Shown here: positions 8,289-18,210 of the stretch, piece after piece | Layout: every line of letters begins with the position of its first letter | Position numbering within the stretch: the stretch's first letter is position 1 | Position numbers and translations under genes: made by a program | Notes under the pieces: model-generated | What the model saw: the letters and a program-made list of their open reading frames with translations, nothing else | The model's database searches: none | Told to the model about the DNA's origin: nothing | Assembly (NCBI GenBank): GCA_964581305.1 | Contig: CAZONC010000001.1 | Location: 1 to 54,474, forward strand | Reading direction: 5' to 3' | Length of the DNA: 54,474 bases | DNA from: an uncultured archaeon | GTDB taxonomy: Archaea; Aenigmatarchaeota; Aenigmatarchaeia; CG10238-14; SCSR01

Positions 8289-10774
8289 CACGAATTACAA
8301 AAATCACTTTGCAAGGATTTAAAAGTTTTAATAAAAAGATTTCCATACCTTTTGTTCCTGGTGTCAATATAATTTGTGGGCCAAATGGATCAGGAAAAAG
8401 TAATATTGTAGATAGCATTTGCTTTGTTCTTGGTCGAACATCTGCAAAATCTTTACGTGCCGATCGTTTGCATGAACTAATATTTCATGGTGCGGGTATA
8501 AAAAAGCCGGCTGATTACGCGTCTGTAACGCTTTATCTTGATAATTCGAAAAAAACTTTTCCGTTTGATGACCCAGAAATTTCTATAACACGAAAAGTTA
8601 ATAGAAAAGGTGTTTCGGTTTTTAAAATAAATGGAAAAACAACAACACGTGAAAAAATTTTAGAGTTATTATCTTCTGCACGAATCTATCCAGATGGTCA
8701 CAATATAATTTTGCAGGGTGATGTAACTAATATAATTGAAATGAATCCTATAGAGAGAAGGCAAATAATAGATGAAATATCGGGTATAGCTGAATATAAT
8801 GATAAAAAAGAAAAGGCGAAAAGAGATTTGGAATTTGTAGAGCAAAAGTTGAAAGAAGCAGAAATAATAATTTCGCAAAAATATGACATATTTAAAAAAT
8901 TAGAGGAAGAAAGAAATGCAGCTATTAAATATCAGGATTTACAAAAGAAGTTGCTAATTCTTAAAGCATCTTATGCTTATAAAAAAATGAAAAATTGTGA
9001 AGCAGAACTTGAAAAATTAGAAGTTGGGTTATTTACAAAGGAAGAACAAATTAAACGAAATGATGAAGATATAAGAAAAATAGAGGAAGAATTGGAAAAA
9101 AAAGAAAATGAAATAAGAGCGATTGCTAATCGTGTTGTTGAAATTTCAAAAAAGATAAAAATTGAAAAAAAACTTTCTGAATTGCGATCGCAAATTTTAC
9201 TTAAAAAAGAGCGAATTTCATCGAATTTACGTGAAATTGAGCGAATTGATAGTTTAATAGAAAAACTCGAAGCACTGATAGCACAAAAAACAGAATTTTA
9301 CGAATTGCCACGAGCAGTTGCGGCTATTCTTGATTTAAATCTAAAAGGGGTTTATGGAATTGTAAGAGATTTAATTAATGTTCCTGAAAAGTATAAAGTA
9401 GCAATTGAAGTTGCAGCAGGCCCACATTTATATGATATTATTGTTGAAAATGAGGATGTTGCAACATATTGTATAGAATATTTAAAAAAAGAAAAAATAG
9501 GACGAGCTGTATTTTTGCCGCTAAATAAAATAAAACCTATTCTTTTTAAAGATAATGAGCTATTAAATAAAAAGGGTGTAATTGGAATTGCATCAGGGCT
9601 TATTAAATATCCTACGAAATTTATGAATGCAATAGAATTTGTGTTTGGAAATACACTAGTTGTTGAAAATCTTGATGTGGCTAAAGAGCTTATTGGCAAA
9701 GCACGTGTTGTTACACTAGATGGTGAATTAATTGAGAAATCTGGTGCAATTATTGGTGGATACTATGCAAAGGTTCACTCTGCGACTATTGAAAATGTAA
9801 AAAAGGAGATAGAAAATTATATAAAGATAAGAAAAAATTTGCAGATTGAAACGGAAAAGCTTAGGGCCGAAGTGGCTGAATTGGAAAAAAGAATAGCAGA
9901 TTTTGAGCTTCTGCCAGAAACAAAAGAAATAATAGATCTGGAAAAAATAAGGATTGTTTCTGAAAAGGAAATCGAAGAATTAAAACAAAGAAGAAGAATT
10001 GCATATGAAAAAAGAATAAAATTGCAAAGTGAGATTGATAAAATAAGAATGGAAAAAGCACGACTCGAAGCAGAGCATAATATAGCTATGTCTGAAGTTC
10101 AGCAATATGGTGAAGTAAAATATATTGATGAAAAGTTAACTGTTCTTGGAAATCTAATTCAAAAAGTTATAAAAGAATTGAACGCGATTGGACCTGTAAA
10201 TTTGCGTGCGATAGAGGAATATGAAAAATTTGCTCAAGAATTCGATGAGTATAAGAAAAAATATGAGAAAATTTTAGAAGAAAAGAAGGCTGTTCTTAGA
10301 ATGATCGAAGAAATTGAGGCAAAAAGAAAAGAAACATTTTATAAATGTCTCGAGCGTGTTAATGAAGAATTTAAAAAAATATTTTATGAAATGCTGAAAG
10401 GTAATGCTAATTTGGAACTTGAAAATCCGATGGATATTGAAAGTGGATTACTTATACAAGCAAATCCAAGAGGAAAAATGCTACTAAACATTGATACAAT
10501 GTCTGGTGGGGAAAAAACATTAACTGCGCTAGCATTTTTGTTTGCTATACAAAGCTATAAACCAGCACCATTTTATATTTTAGACGAAATTGATGCGGCA
10601 CTAGATAAAGAAAATACAAAAATAATGGCTGAATTAATTAAAAGACATTCAAAAGATGCACAATTCATTGTTATAACTCACAATGATCAAACAATAAAAT
10701 ATGGTGATGTTGTTTATGGGTGTACAATGGTTGATGGCGAAACAAAAATATTAGGATTGAGGTTGCCAGCATGA
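8285..10774 (+). CDS. smc: SMC chromosome segregation ATPase (compact, 829 aa)
   Basis: FKSF..GPNGSGKSN Walker A. Long Glu/Lys coiled coils flank a hinge (GVYGIVRDLI...). Signature LSGGEKTLTALAFLFAIQ and Walker B FYILDEIDAALD. Confidence 0.9.
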   Translation: MTRITKITLQGFKSFNKKISIPFVPGVNIICGPNGSGKSNIVDSICFVLGRTSAKSLRADRLHELIFHGAGIKKPADYASVTLYLDNSKKTFPFDDPEISITRKVNRKGVSVFKINGKTTTREKILELLSSARIYPDGHNIILQGDVTNIIEMNPIERRQIIDEISGIAEYNDKKEKAKRDLEFVEQKLKEAEIIISQKYDIFKKLEEERNAAIKYQDLQKKLLILKASYAYKKMKNCEAELEKLEVGLFTKEEQIKRNDEDIRKIEEELEKKENEIRAIANRVVEISKKIKIEKKLSELRSQILLKKERISSNLREIERIDSLIEKLEALIAQKTEFYELPRAVAAILDLNLKGVYGIVRDLINVPEKYKVAIEVAAGPHLYDIIVENEDVATYCIEYLKKEKIGRAVFLPLNKIKPILFKDNELLNKKGVIGIASGLIKYPTKFMNAIEFVFGNTLVVENLDVAKELIGKARVVTLDGELIEKSGAIIGGYYAKVHSATIENVKKEIENYIKIRKNLQIETEKLRAEVAELEKRIADFELLPETKEIIDLEKIRIVSEKEIEELKQRRRIAYEKRIKLQSEIDKIRMEKARLEAEHNIAMSEVQQYGEVKYIDEKLTVLGNLIQKVIKELNAIGPVNLRAIEEYEKFAQEFDEYKKKYEKILEEKKAVLRMIEEIEAKRKETFYKCLERVNEEFKKIFYEMLKGNANLELENPMDIESGLLIQANPRGKMLLNIDTMSGGEKTLTALAFLFAIQSYKPAPFYILDEIDAALDKENTKIMAELIKRHSKDAQFIVITHNDQTIKYGDVVYGCTMVDGETKILGLRLPA

Positions 10775-11451
10775 AAAGCCAAGAAGAAAATATTTTGCAA
10801 ACTATAATTGAAAAAGAAAGTTGGGAGGAGATAATTTACCATATTGTCAGCCTTGAACATTTAGACCCATGGGACATTGATTTAGTAAAATTGACAGATG
10901 GCTTTTTACAATTTATAAAAAATGCAAAAGAACTTGATTTTCGTATACCAGCAAAAATTGTTTTTGTTGCAGCAATTTTATTAAGACTTAAGTCAGAGTA
11001 TCTATCATTTTTTAGTGAAAAGGAGGAGACAGAAAAGGAAGAAAAAGTATTTGAAAGTTTAGATATAGATCCGAATTTAATTCAACTTGGTCATCCAATA
11101 AAGAGAATACCTAAGCGACAAGTTACACTCGATGAATTAATTCATTCATTAAAAAAAGCGCTGGCTGTTAAAGAAAAAAAATGGGAAAGGAAAAAAATAT
11201 GGGAAAGAAATTTACAATCAGTAATCTCTGAAGAGGATATAAGTGAACGGATTAATAAAGTTATGATTGAAATTGAAAAACTAATGGCTAAACTTAAAAA
11301 AGATAAAATAGAGTTTAGTCGAATAGTTAAAAAATGGGAAAGAAAACATATAATTGAAATCTTTATTCCACTTCTACATTTAGAGCAGGACCAAAAAATT
11401 AGAACAGAGCAGGAAGATTACTTCAAAGAAATTTTTATAAGCAAGATGTAA
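10771..11451 (+). CDS. scpA: segregation and condensation protein A (kleisin)
   Basis: DPWDIDLVKLTDGFLQFI N-terminal ScpA motif. ATGA overlap with smc. Confidence 0.8.
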   Translation: MKSQEENILQTIIEKESWEEIIYHIVSLEHLDPWDIDLVKLTDGFLQFIKNAKELDFRIPAKIVFVAAILLRLKSEYLSFFSEKEETEKEEKVFESLDIDPNLIQLGHPIKRIPKRQVTLDELIHSLKKALAVKEKKWERKKIWERNLQSVISEEDISERINKVMIEIEKLMAKLKKDKIEFSRIVKKWERKHIIEIFIPLLHLEQDQKIRTEQEDYFKEIFISKM

Positions 11452-11968
11452 GTTGCTTATTACATTTTGCTTCCGCAACCTTTTGTTTATAATTTTTGCT
11501 TTCTTCATCAATCCATGTTTGAACATTAAAATTTATAATATAGCCGTCTGCACGTTTTGTAATAACATTTGTTATTCCTGCGTTGATTAATACACGCCGA
11601 CATCTTGGGCAAGGTAACCCCTCACAAACCTCATTTGTTTTTGCATCTTCACCGTATAAATATAAAATTCCACCCAGCACCTTTGCACCATATCGCGCAG
11701 CATTTATTATTGCATTTTCTTCTGCATGAACACCTATACAATAATCATATCCGCTAAAATGTGGTGCACCAACCAAATCTTTTAGACAGCCTATTTCTGA
11801 ACAATTGACAACGCCTCGCGGTGCGCCATTATAGCCTGTAGATACAATAACATCATCTTTCACAACTACTGCGCCATAGCGTCTTCTAAGACACGTTGAT
11901 CTTTCTGAAACCGCTTTTGCTATATCAAGATAATATTCATTTTTTGACGGTCTTTTCATTTCTTCCAT
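11435..11968 (-). CDS. dCMP deaminase (CMP/dCMP-type zinc deaminase)
   Basis: HAEENAI and PCPRCRR zinc-ligand motifs plus the STCLRRRYGAVVV core. Confidence 0.85.
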   Translation of the reverse strand: MEEMKRPSKNEYYLDIAKAVSERSTCLRRRYGAVVVKDDVIVSTGYNGAPRGVVNCSEIGCLKDLVGAPHFSGYDYCIGVHAEENAIINAARYGAKVLGGILYLYGEDAKTNEVCEGLPCPRCRRVLINAGITNVITKRADGYIINFNVQTWIDEESKNYKQKVAEAKCNKQLTSCL

Positions 11969-12040
11969 TATATAAAGAAAAAAAAGTAAAAATATTTAAA
12001 ATTAAGTGAAAAAAATAAAGAAGGAAAACAAATTATTTTT

Positions 12041-12538
12041 ATGAACAAAAAGGCTTTACTTGAAGCTGCACTATTTGTTTCTGATAAACCACTAAGTTTA
12101 GAAATGCTTTCAAGTATTGTTGATGCACCTTTAGATGAGGTTGAATCGTTGCTTAAAGACTTAAAGTTAGAGTTGGAAAAAGATGATCGTGGAATTGAAT
12201 TAGCCCAAACGCCAAATGGATTTGAGCTAAGAATTAAATCAAAGTATAGAGATAAGGTAGCAAAAATTGCTCCTTTAGCCGATCTAAGTGATGGGGTAAT
12301 GCGAACTCTTGGTATTATAGTTATGAAACAACCAGTTAAACAATCACTAATTGTTAAATATCAAGGGAATAAAGCCTATGGGTATATAAAAAATCTAGAG
12401 GAGCGTGGGTTGATAAAAACAGAAAAAGCAGGTAAAACAAAGATTTGTACAACAACGCCAGAATTCGAAAAATATTTTGGAAAAAGTGCTGATGAAATAA
12501 AAAAATATTTAGAAAAAAGTTTGGAGAAAAAAGTGTAG
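12041..12538 (+). CDS. scpB: segregation and condensation protein B
   Basis: ALLEAALFVSDKPLSLEML start and two winged-helix-size halves. Located next to smc/scpA. Confidence 0.8.
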   Translation: MNKKALLEAALFVSDKPLSLEMLSSIVDAPLDEVESLLKDLKLELEKDDRGIELAQTPNGFELRIKSKYRDKVAKIAPLADLSDGVMRTLGIIVMKQPVKQSLIVKYQGNKAYGYIKNLEERGLIKTEKAGKTKICTTTPEFEKYFGKSADEIKKYLEKSLEKKV

Positions 12539-12540
12539 AT

Positions 12541-13269
12541 ATGGAAAAAATATTGGGAAAAAGATCTTTTGTGAATTTTATTTTAGAATTAGAAAAAGAA
12601 AGAAGTGATGCATATGATATGATCTCTGCGTATATTACAAACCTATCTACAATTGATAAACTGAATGTAGAAACAGAGGTTAAGGAAAAAATAATTGAAC
12701 AATTTAAAAAAAGCGCATTTGGAATAGTACTTTTTTACTGGGAAAGAGGAGGAAAAAAAATAATAATATTTCCACCATTTCCACTTTTAAGAGAAGAGAT
12801 TTTTTATAGAAACACATTTGTTACGGAGCAGATAAGAGAAATTCTAACGAAAAAACATGTAATTGGTGTAATATTATTACACATAGGACAATATGCTGTT
12901 GGAATTTTTGAAAATGAAAAATTAATAAGTTCGAAATGTGGCAAACATTTTGTGCTGAGAAGACAGAAAAAGGGCGGTTCAAGTGCTAGAAGATTTCAAA
13001 GAATAAGAGAAAAGCAAATAGAAAGTTTTTTTAATGAAGTTTATGATGTAGTAAAAGAAAAGTTCGGTCCGCATATAGATAAAATAAACTATATTATATT
13101 TGGTGGGCCAAAATTAACTATTAAGAAGTTTCAGCAAAGGAATCATTTTATGAAAAAAATTATGGAGAAAACACTTAAAAAAAATATTGTTATAAGAGAA
13201 GCAAATAGAGAAAATTTGGAAAAAAGTTTGGCAGAAATATGGAAAACGAGGATTTGTGAATTGATATGA
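12541..13269 (+). CDS. eRF1-middle-domain paralog (Vms1/ANKZF1-like, VLRF1-type putative peptidyl-tRNA hydrolase)
   Basis: IGVILLHIGQYAVGIF...RRQKKGGSSARRFQRIREKQIESFFNEV...IIFGGPKLT runs parallel to the aRF1 M domain in this same window (LIVLDANEATIGLL...KTVKGGM/SQKRYDRLREDALNEFFTKV...IIIGGPGPT). It has no aRF1 N (codon-reading) domain. Confidence 0.65.
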   Translation: MEKILGKRSFVNFILELEKERSDAYDMISAYITNLSTIDKLNVETEVKEKIIEQFKKSAFGIVLFYWERGGKKIIIFPPFPLLREEIFYRNTFVTEQIREILTKKHVIGVILLHIGQYAVGIFENEKLISSKCGKHFVLRRQKKGGSSARRFQRIREKQIESFFNEVYDVVKEKFGPHIDKINYIIFGGPKLTIKKFQQRNHFMKKIMEKTLKKNIVIREANRENLEKSLAEIWKTRICELI

Positions 13270-14108
13270 TATATGTAATAAAATTTGATGGTAGTAGGCA
13301 ACCATTTGAAAAAACAAAAGTTGTGCGCACATGTGTAAATTTAGGTTTGAGCCAGTCTGAAGCCAAGCAAATCGCTGATAAAGTTGAAAGCGAATTGTAT
13401 GATGGAATTTCTACAAAAAAAATTTTGCAACTGATTTTTAATTATGTAAAGGAATATAAACCTGAAATTGCACATATTATCGACTTAAGAGATGCAATAA
13501 GTTTATTGAGGCCAAAACCAGATTTTGAACTTTTTGTTCAAATGCTTCTAAGAGAAATTGGATATGATGTTATACCAAACCAAATTGTACGTGGTGCATG
13601 TATAGAACATGAAGTTGATGCGATTGCTAAAAAAAATGGAAAAAATATTTTTGTGGAAATTAAACATCATATTCAGCCTCATACATACACAGGTGTCGAT
13701 GTTTGCTTAGAAACTCAGGCAAGACTGGAGGATCTAAAAGAAGGATATAAAATGGGTAAAACAGAAATAAATTTTGACCATGCATTAATTGTTTGCAATA
13801 CAAAATTTTCCGAACATGCAAAACAGTATGCAGCATATAAAAAAATAGAACTACTTGGCTGGCGATGTCCTGAAAATAGAGGGATAGAAAAAATAATTGA
13901 AGAAAAAAAATTCTATCCTATAACGCTCATAAAGGAGTCGGAAGTATTTGATGGTATAGTGAGAGGGCGGTTAGTAGATAGTGGAATTATTCTTTTAAAA
14001 CAATTAGTAAAAGCAGATTTGAATGAGTTGGCAAAAAAAACAAAAATTGGTATAGGTAGATTAGAAAAAATTGTACATACGGCAAAAGAAATTCTAGGTA
14101 CTAGTTGA
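13266..14108 (+). CDS. ATP-cone domain fused to a PD-(D/E)xK (Mrr-like) restriction-endonuclease fold and a C-terminal HhH
   Basis: N-terminus VIKFDGSRQPFEKTKVVRTCV...ISTKKI resembles the ATP-cone. The middle part has EVDAIAKKNGKNIFVEIKHH (D...ExK). The C-terminus LNELAKKTKIGIGRLEKI is helix-hairpin-helix-like. ATGA overlap with the upstream gene. Confidence 0.65.
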   Translation: MIYVIKFDGSRQPFEKTKVVRTCVNLGLSQSEAKQIADKVESELYDGISTKKILQLIFNYVKEYKPEIAHIIDLRDAISLLRPKPDFELFVQMLLREIGYDVIPNQIVRGACIEHEVDAIAKKNGKNIFVEIKHHIQPHTYTGVDVCLETQARLEDLKEGYKMGKTEINFDHALIVCNTKFSEHAKQYAAYKKIELLGWRCPENRGIEKIIEEKKFYPITLIKESEVFDGIVRGRLVDSGIILLKQLVKADLNELAKKTKIGIGRLEKIVHTAKEILGTS

Positions 14109-14757
14109 TAGGATAGTCCTTCACATATATATCATAAGTTATACCATCCGAATTAGCAAATAGTGTCAAAAAATATCGGCCATTTTCTGTAACAGATTGT
14201 GCAAGTGGATTGCTTGTATACGGATCTGCGCCTTTTGCATATACATAAATTTCTATATCATCAAGTGGTTCTGATGTTAATGCATCAAAAACGTATCCAG
14301 ATATTGTTGCGTTTCCTTCTTTTTTCTGAACAATAACTGTTAGATACGCTTTTGTGCCATAGTATGTTATATTTACAATTTGATCTCTCACATCTTCATA
14401 TTTATCCAAATTAATCACATCCACAAATGCTATTGAGTCAATAATTTTTCTATCAAGTACTAAGTAAGCTTTGCCATTTGTAACTTGATTTATAATGCTT
14501 ATTTCGTTTTTATTTTGATCTTTCAAAGTAATGATGACATCTGTATCATTAAAAGTTAGATCATTTCCATCATAGCTATATCTAAATCGCACTGTAAGAT
14601 TGTAAAACTTTCTTATTGTTATATTTTGTTCATATGTTGTATTAACAATCACTGTTTTTGTAAAGGCCTTGTAAAAAGAACTATTCGTTGCAAGTGTAAG
14701 TGTGGCAACTAATGCTATAAAAATTATAGTAGTTAAAAGCGCTATCAGATTTTTCAT
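14101..14757 (-). CDS. secreted/anchored hypothetical protein with a carboxypeptidase-regulatory-like beta-sandwich
   Basis: Likely start is MKNLIALLTTIIFIALVATL (signal/anchor). C-terminal ISGYVFDALTSEPLDDIEIYVY. The ORF-track start at 14835 is a TTG extension. Confidence 0.5.
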   Translation of the reverse strand: MKNLIALLTTIIFIALVATLTLATNSSFYKAFTKTVIVNTTYEQNITIRKFYNLTVRFRYSYDGNDLTFNDTDVIITLKDQNKNEISIINQVTNGKAYLVLDRKIIDSIAFVDVINLDKYEDVRDQIVNITYYGTKAYLTVIVQKKEGNATISGYVFDALTSEPLDDIEIYVYAKGADPYTSNPLAQSVTENGRYFLTLFANSDGITYDIYVKDYPIN

Positions 14758-14859
14758 AAATTTTAAATTAGAAAAAAACGATATAATTCTAAAAAACTTA
14801 ATATAGTTGTTGATTTGAAAAAAAATTACAACCAAAGGTAGTTTAATTATAGTGATAGA

Positions 14860-17664
14860 ATGGTTTTTGAATTACTCGATCAAAAATTACAAAAAATTAT
14901 AAAAAAAAGATTTTCAGAACCAACACTACCTCAAATCCTTGCAATACCAAAAATTTTGGAAGGAAAAAATGTTCTTATTATTGCACCTGTTGCTTCAGGA
15001 AAAACAGAAGCGGCATTACTCCCTTTACTAAGCAAATTATTGGTTGAAAAAAATCCACCAATAAGCATATTATACATTTCTCCGCTAAAATCGCTCAATA
15101 GAGATCTCCTTGAGCGATTAATGTGGTGGAGTAATGAGGCTGGTATTGAAGCAACTATTCGACATGGTGATACAACACAGTATGAAAGAAAATTGCAATT
15201 AGAATTTCCACCTGATCTTTTAATTTTAACATTAGAAACCCTCCAACCAATTCTTACGGCAAAAAAATTCAAAGAACATCTTAAAAATGTAAAATATGTT
15301 ATAGTTGATGAGATACATGAGATTGTTAATTCAAAACGAGGTGTACAATTAACACTGGCTTTAGAAAGACTGAGAGAACTGTGTGGAAATTTTCAGCTAA
15401 TAATGTTATCTGCAACAGTTGGTGATCCAGAAAATATAGCAAAATTTTTTTCTGGCAATCGGCCGGTTGAAATTATACAAGCAAGTTTTGCAAAACAGAT
15501 GGATATAAAAGTAATTAATCCAAAACCAGAAATTAAAGATAGAAAAATTGCAGAAAAAATATTTTCTTCACCAGAAACGGCAGCACGACTTCGAACAATA
15601 ATTGAACTCATAAAAAATTCACATTCTACCATAACTTTTACTAATACAAGAGAATTCGCCGAAATACTTGCAAGTCGAATTAAAACTTTGGATAAAGATT
15701 TACCAATTGGTGTTCATCATTCAAGCTTAAGCAAAGAAATTAGAGAAAAAACTGAAAGGGAATTGAAGGAAGAAAAAATAAAATCGATAATAGCAACAAG
15801 TTCTTTACAACTAGGAATAGATATCGGATCGGTTGATTTAGTTATTCAATATATGAGCCCACGCCAAATAACTCATCTTATACAAAGGGTTGGGCGAAGC
15901 GGTCATGCACTCGGAAAAGTTAGCAGAGGTGTTATTATCACAACCGACGAGGATGATATATTCGAATCTGCAGTTATTGCTCGGCGTGCAATGGCTGGCG
16001 AATTGGAAAAAATAAAATTTCATGAAAATTCTTTGGATGTTCTTGCTCATCAAATTGTGGGACTGAGTCTTGATTATTGGAATTTAAATTTAGAAAGAGC
16101 CTACGAAATTGTTAAAAGAGCATATCCTTATAGAAATTTAAACTATAAGACCTTTCTGGGTGTGTGTGAACAACTACAAGATGCAGGACTAATCTTTTTT
16201 GATACAACTATAAGAAAAAGACGAAGAGGATTTGAATATTATTTTTCGCAACTTAGTACAATTCCCTCTCTTAAACAGTACAAAGTTATAAATGTAGTTG
16301 ACAATTCGTTTGTTGGTACTTTAGACGAGGAATTCGTTGCACTTCATGGCGAAATAGGAACAACTTTTATAGTGAAGGCTGAAGCATGGCGAATACTGGA
16401 TATAAAAGAAAACAAAATTTTCGTTGAACCTGTAGTAGATATAGAAGCTGCTGTACCTGCCTGGGAGGGTGAACTAATACCAGTACCATATGAAGTTGCA
16501 CAGGAGGTTGGTAAACTTAGATTTTTCATTAGTAATTTGCTTAAAAAGAGTAACGAATCAGATGTTATAAAAGAGATACAAAAAAACTATCCTTTGGATG
16601 AAAATTCAGCGAAAAAAATGGTAAATCTGATTAAAAGACAGATAAAATTCGGTGTAGTTCCTGATCATGAAAAAATTTTGGTAGAAGATTATGATAATCT
16701 GATAATATTGCATGCATGTTTTGGAACACTGGTTAATGAAACGCTTGGAAGATTTATTTCTTCATTATTAACAGCTAGGCTTGGCCATTCGGTTGGCTTA
16801 AAAACAGACCCATACCGGATTATAATTCAACTTCAGGAAAAAAATATGGAAATAGTAAAAGATATTTTGCTAAATACAGATCCTGAATATTTGAAAAATT
16901 ATATTGAATTGAGTTTAGCAAAAAATGAGCTTTTCGAATGGCGATTTATTCACGTGGCAAAACGTTTTGGTATAATTGCACCAGATGCAGAATATGGTAA
17001 AATACAAATAAGAAGAATAATAGAAGATTATGCTGGTTCACCTGTTTATAAAGAAACATTGAACGAATTGGAAACTGAAAAACTTGATATAGAAAAAACA
17101 AGAGAGATACTGAAACGGATTCAAAATGGCGAAATTAAAATAATTTTTAAAAATGGTCTTTCTCCACTCGGAAAAATAGGTGTAAAACACAAATATGCTG
17201 AAATAATAGGGCCAGAAAGAGCAGAAAAGGAAATATTCCAATTATTTAAGAAACGTTTACTTAACACTGATGTGCGTCTTGTGTGCATTAATTGTGGGCA
17301 GTGGGACAAAATTTTTAAAGTAAAAAGCCTACCAAAAGATGTTAAATGTAAAAAATGTGATGCACGATTGCTTGGTATTGTTAGGCCAAAAAATTATGAA
17401 ATTATACGATTGATTAAGAAAAAAATAAGAGGACAGCCGTTGAGTAATGAGGAAAAGAAAAAATATGAAAAAGTAAGTCGAACAGCTGACCTTTATCTTA
17501 CTTACAAATATAAAGCAGTACTTTGTCTGGCTGCTCATGGTGTTGGGCCAGAAAGCGCCATAAGAATTCTTTCAAAATATCATAGAAATGATGAAGAGTT
17601 ACTTAAAGACATTTTTGAGGCTGAGAAACAGTATATAAAAACACGACGTTATTGGCAAATATAG
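14860..17664 (+). CDS. lhr: Lhr-family superfamily 2 ATP-dependent helicase with a C-terminal zinc ribbon
   Basis: Motif I APVASGKT, motif II VDEIHE, motif III SAT, motif VI QRVGRSGH. Large Lhr-type C-terminal extension. CINCG...CKKCD ribbon. Confidence 0.8.
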   Translation: MVFELLDQKLQKIIKKRFSEPTLPQILAIPKILEGKNVLIIAPVASGKTEAALLPLLSKLLVEKNPPISILYISPLKSLNRDLLERLMWWSNEAGIEATIRHGDTTQYERKLQLEFPPDLLILTLETLQPILTAKKFKEHLKNVKYVIVDEIHEIVNSKRGVQLTLALERLRELCGNFQLIMLSATVGDPENIAKFFSGNRPVEIIQASFAKQMDIKVINPKPEIKDRKIAEKIFSSPETAARLRTIIELIKNSHSTITFTNTREFAEILASRIKTLDKDLPIGVHHSSLSKEIREKTERELKEEKIKSIIATSSLQLGIDIGSVDLVIQYMSPRQITHLIQRVGRSGHALGKVSRGVIITTDEDDIFESAVIARRAMAGELEKIKFHENSLDVLAHQIVGLSLDYWNLNLERAYEIVKRAYPYRNLNYKTFLGVCEQLQDAGLIFFDTTIRKRRRGFEYYFSQLSTIPSLKQYKVINVVDNSFVGTLDEEFVALHGEIGTTFIVKAEAWRILDIKENKIFVEPVVDIEAAVPAWEGELIPVPYEVAQEVGKLRFFISNLLKKSNESDVIKEIQKNYPLDENSAKKMVNLIKRQIKFGVVPDHEKILVEDYDNLIILHACFGTLVNETLGRFISSLLTARLGHSVGLKTDPYRIIIQLQEKNMEIVKDILLNTDPEYLKNYIELSLAKNELFEWRFIHVAKRFGIIAPDAEYGKIQIRRIIEDYAGSPVYKETLNELETEKLDIEKTREILKRIQNGEIKIIFKNGLSPLGKIGVKHKYAEIIGPERAEKEIFQLFKKRLLNTDVRLVCINCGQWDKIFKVKSLPKDVKCKKCDARLLGIVRPKNYEIIRLIKKKIRGQPLSNEEKKKYEKVSRTADLYLTYKYKAVLCLAAHGVGPESAIRILSKYHRNDEELLKDIFEAEKQYIKTRRYWQI

Positions 17665-18210
17665 CTATTTGGCAATTTGTTTTATGTATAGTACATTTTC
17701 TGTTTGATCAATTACAGTAAATTTAAAAATATAAAGTTCGCCGGGAATGAGGCAAGGTGAAATGCTAATATACCATTCACCGTTAAAGAAATTTGTTGAG
17801 TTAGTTTCATTTGCAACATTGACATAAATTTTGCCATTAGCTGGTGTTCCATTGATATTAATTGCACTGCCTGAAAAATACCATGTTTTTCTCACACAGC
17901 TCTGCATTTGTTTTGCAAAATCGCCAAAACCAATCATTAATTGTGTATAACCTGTTTTGTTGTTTGCTTTAGCAAAAATACCAATAGTATATTTATTTTT
18001 TAAATTCAATTCGGGTAAATTAATTGTAAAAAACCCATTAGTTATATTACTACTCGTTGAGTTTCCTGTTTCTTTAACTATAGCTACTATATTTCCGCTT
18101 GGTATAATTTCGCCTGATCTGCTAATAACATAACCAGAAATAGAAGATGCACTAACAGTTATACCTAAACATAACAGCACTATAATTGATCCTACTAAAA
18201 TGTATTTCAT
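17665..18210 (-). CDS. secreted hypothetical protein (beta-sandwich-like)
   Basis: MKYILVGSIIVLLCLGITVSASS signal followed by ISGYVISRSG. The ATG overlaps the stop of the upstream membrane-protein gene (ATGA). Confidence 0.5.
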   Translation of the reverse strand: MKYILVGSIIVLLCLGITVSASSISGYVISRSGEIIPSGNIVAIVKETGNSTSSNITNGFFTINLPELNLKNKYTIGIFAKANNKTGYTQLMIGFGDFAKQMQSCVRKTWYFSGSAININGTPANGKIYVNVANETNSTNFFNGEWYISISPCLIPGELYIFKFTVIDQTENVLYIKQIAK

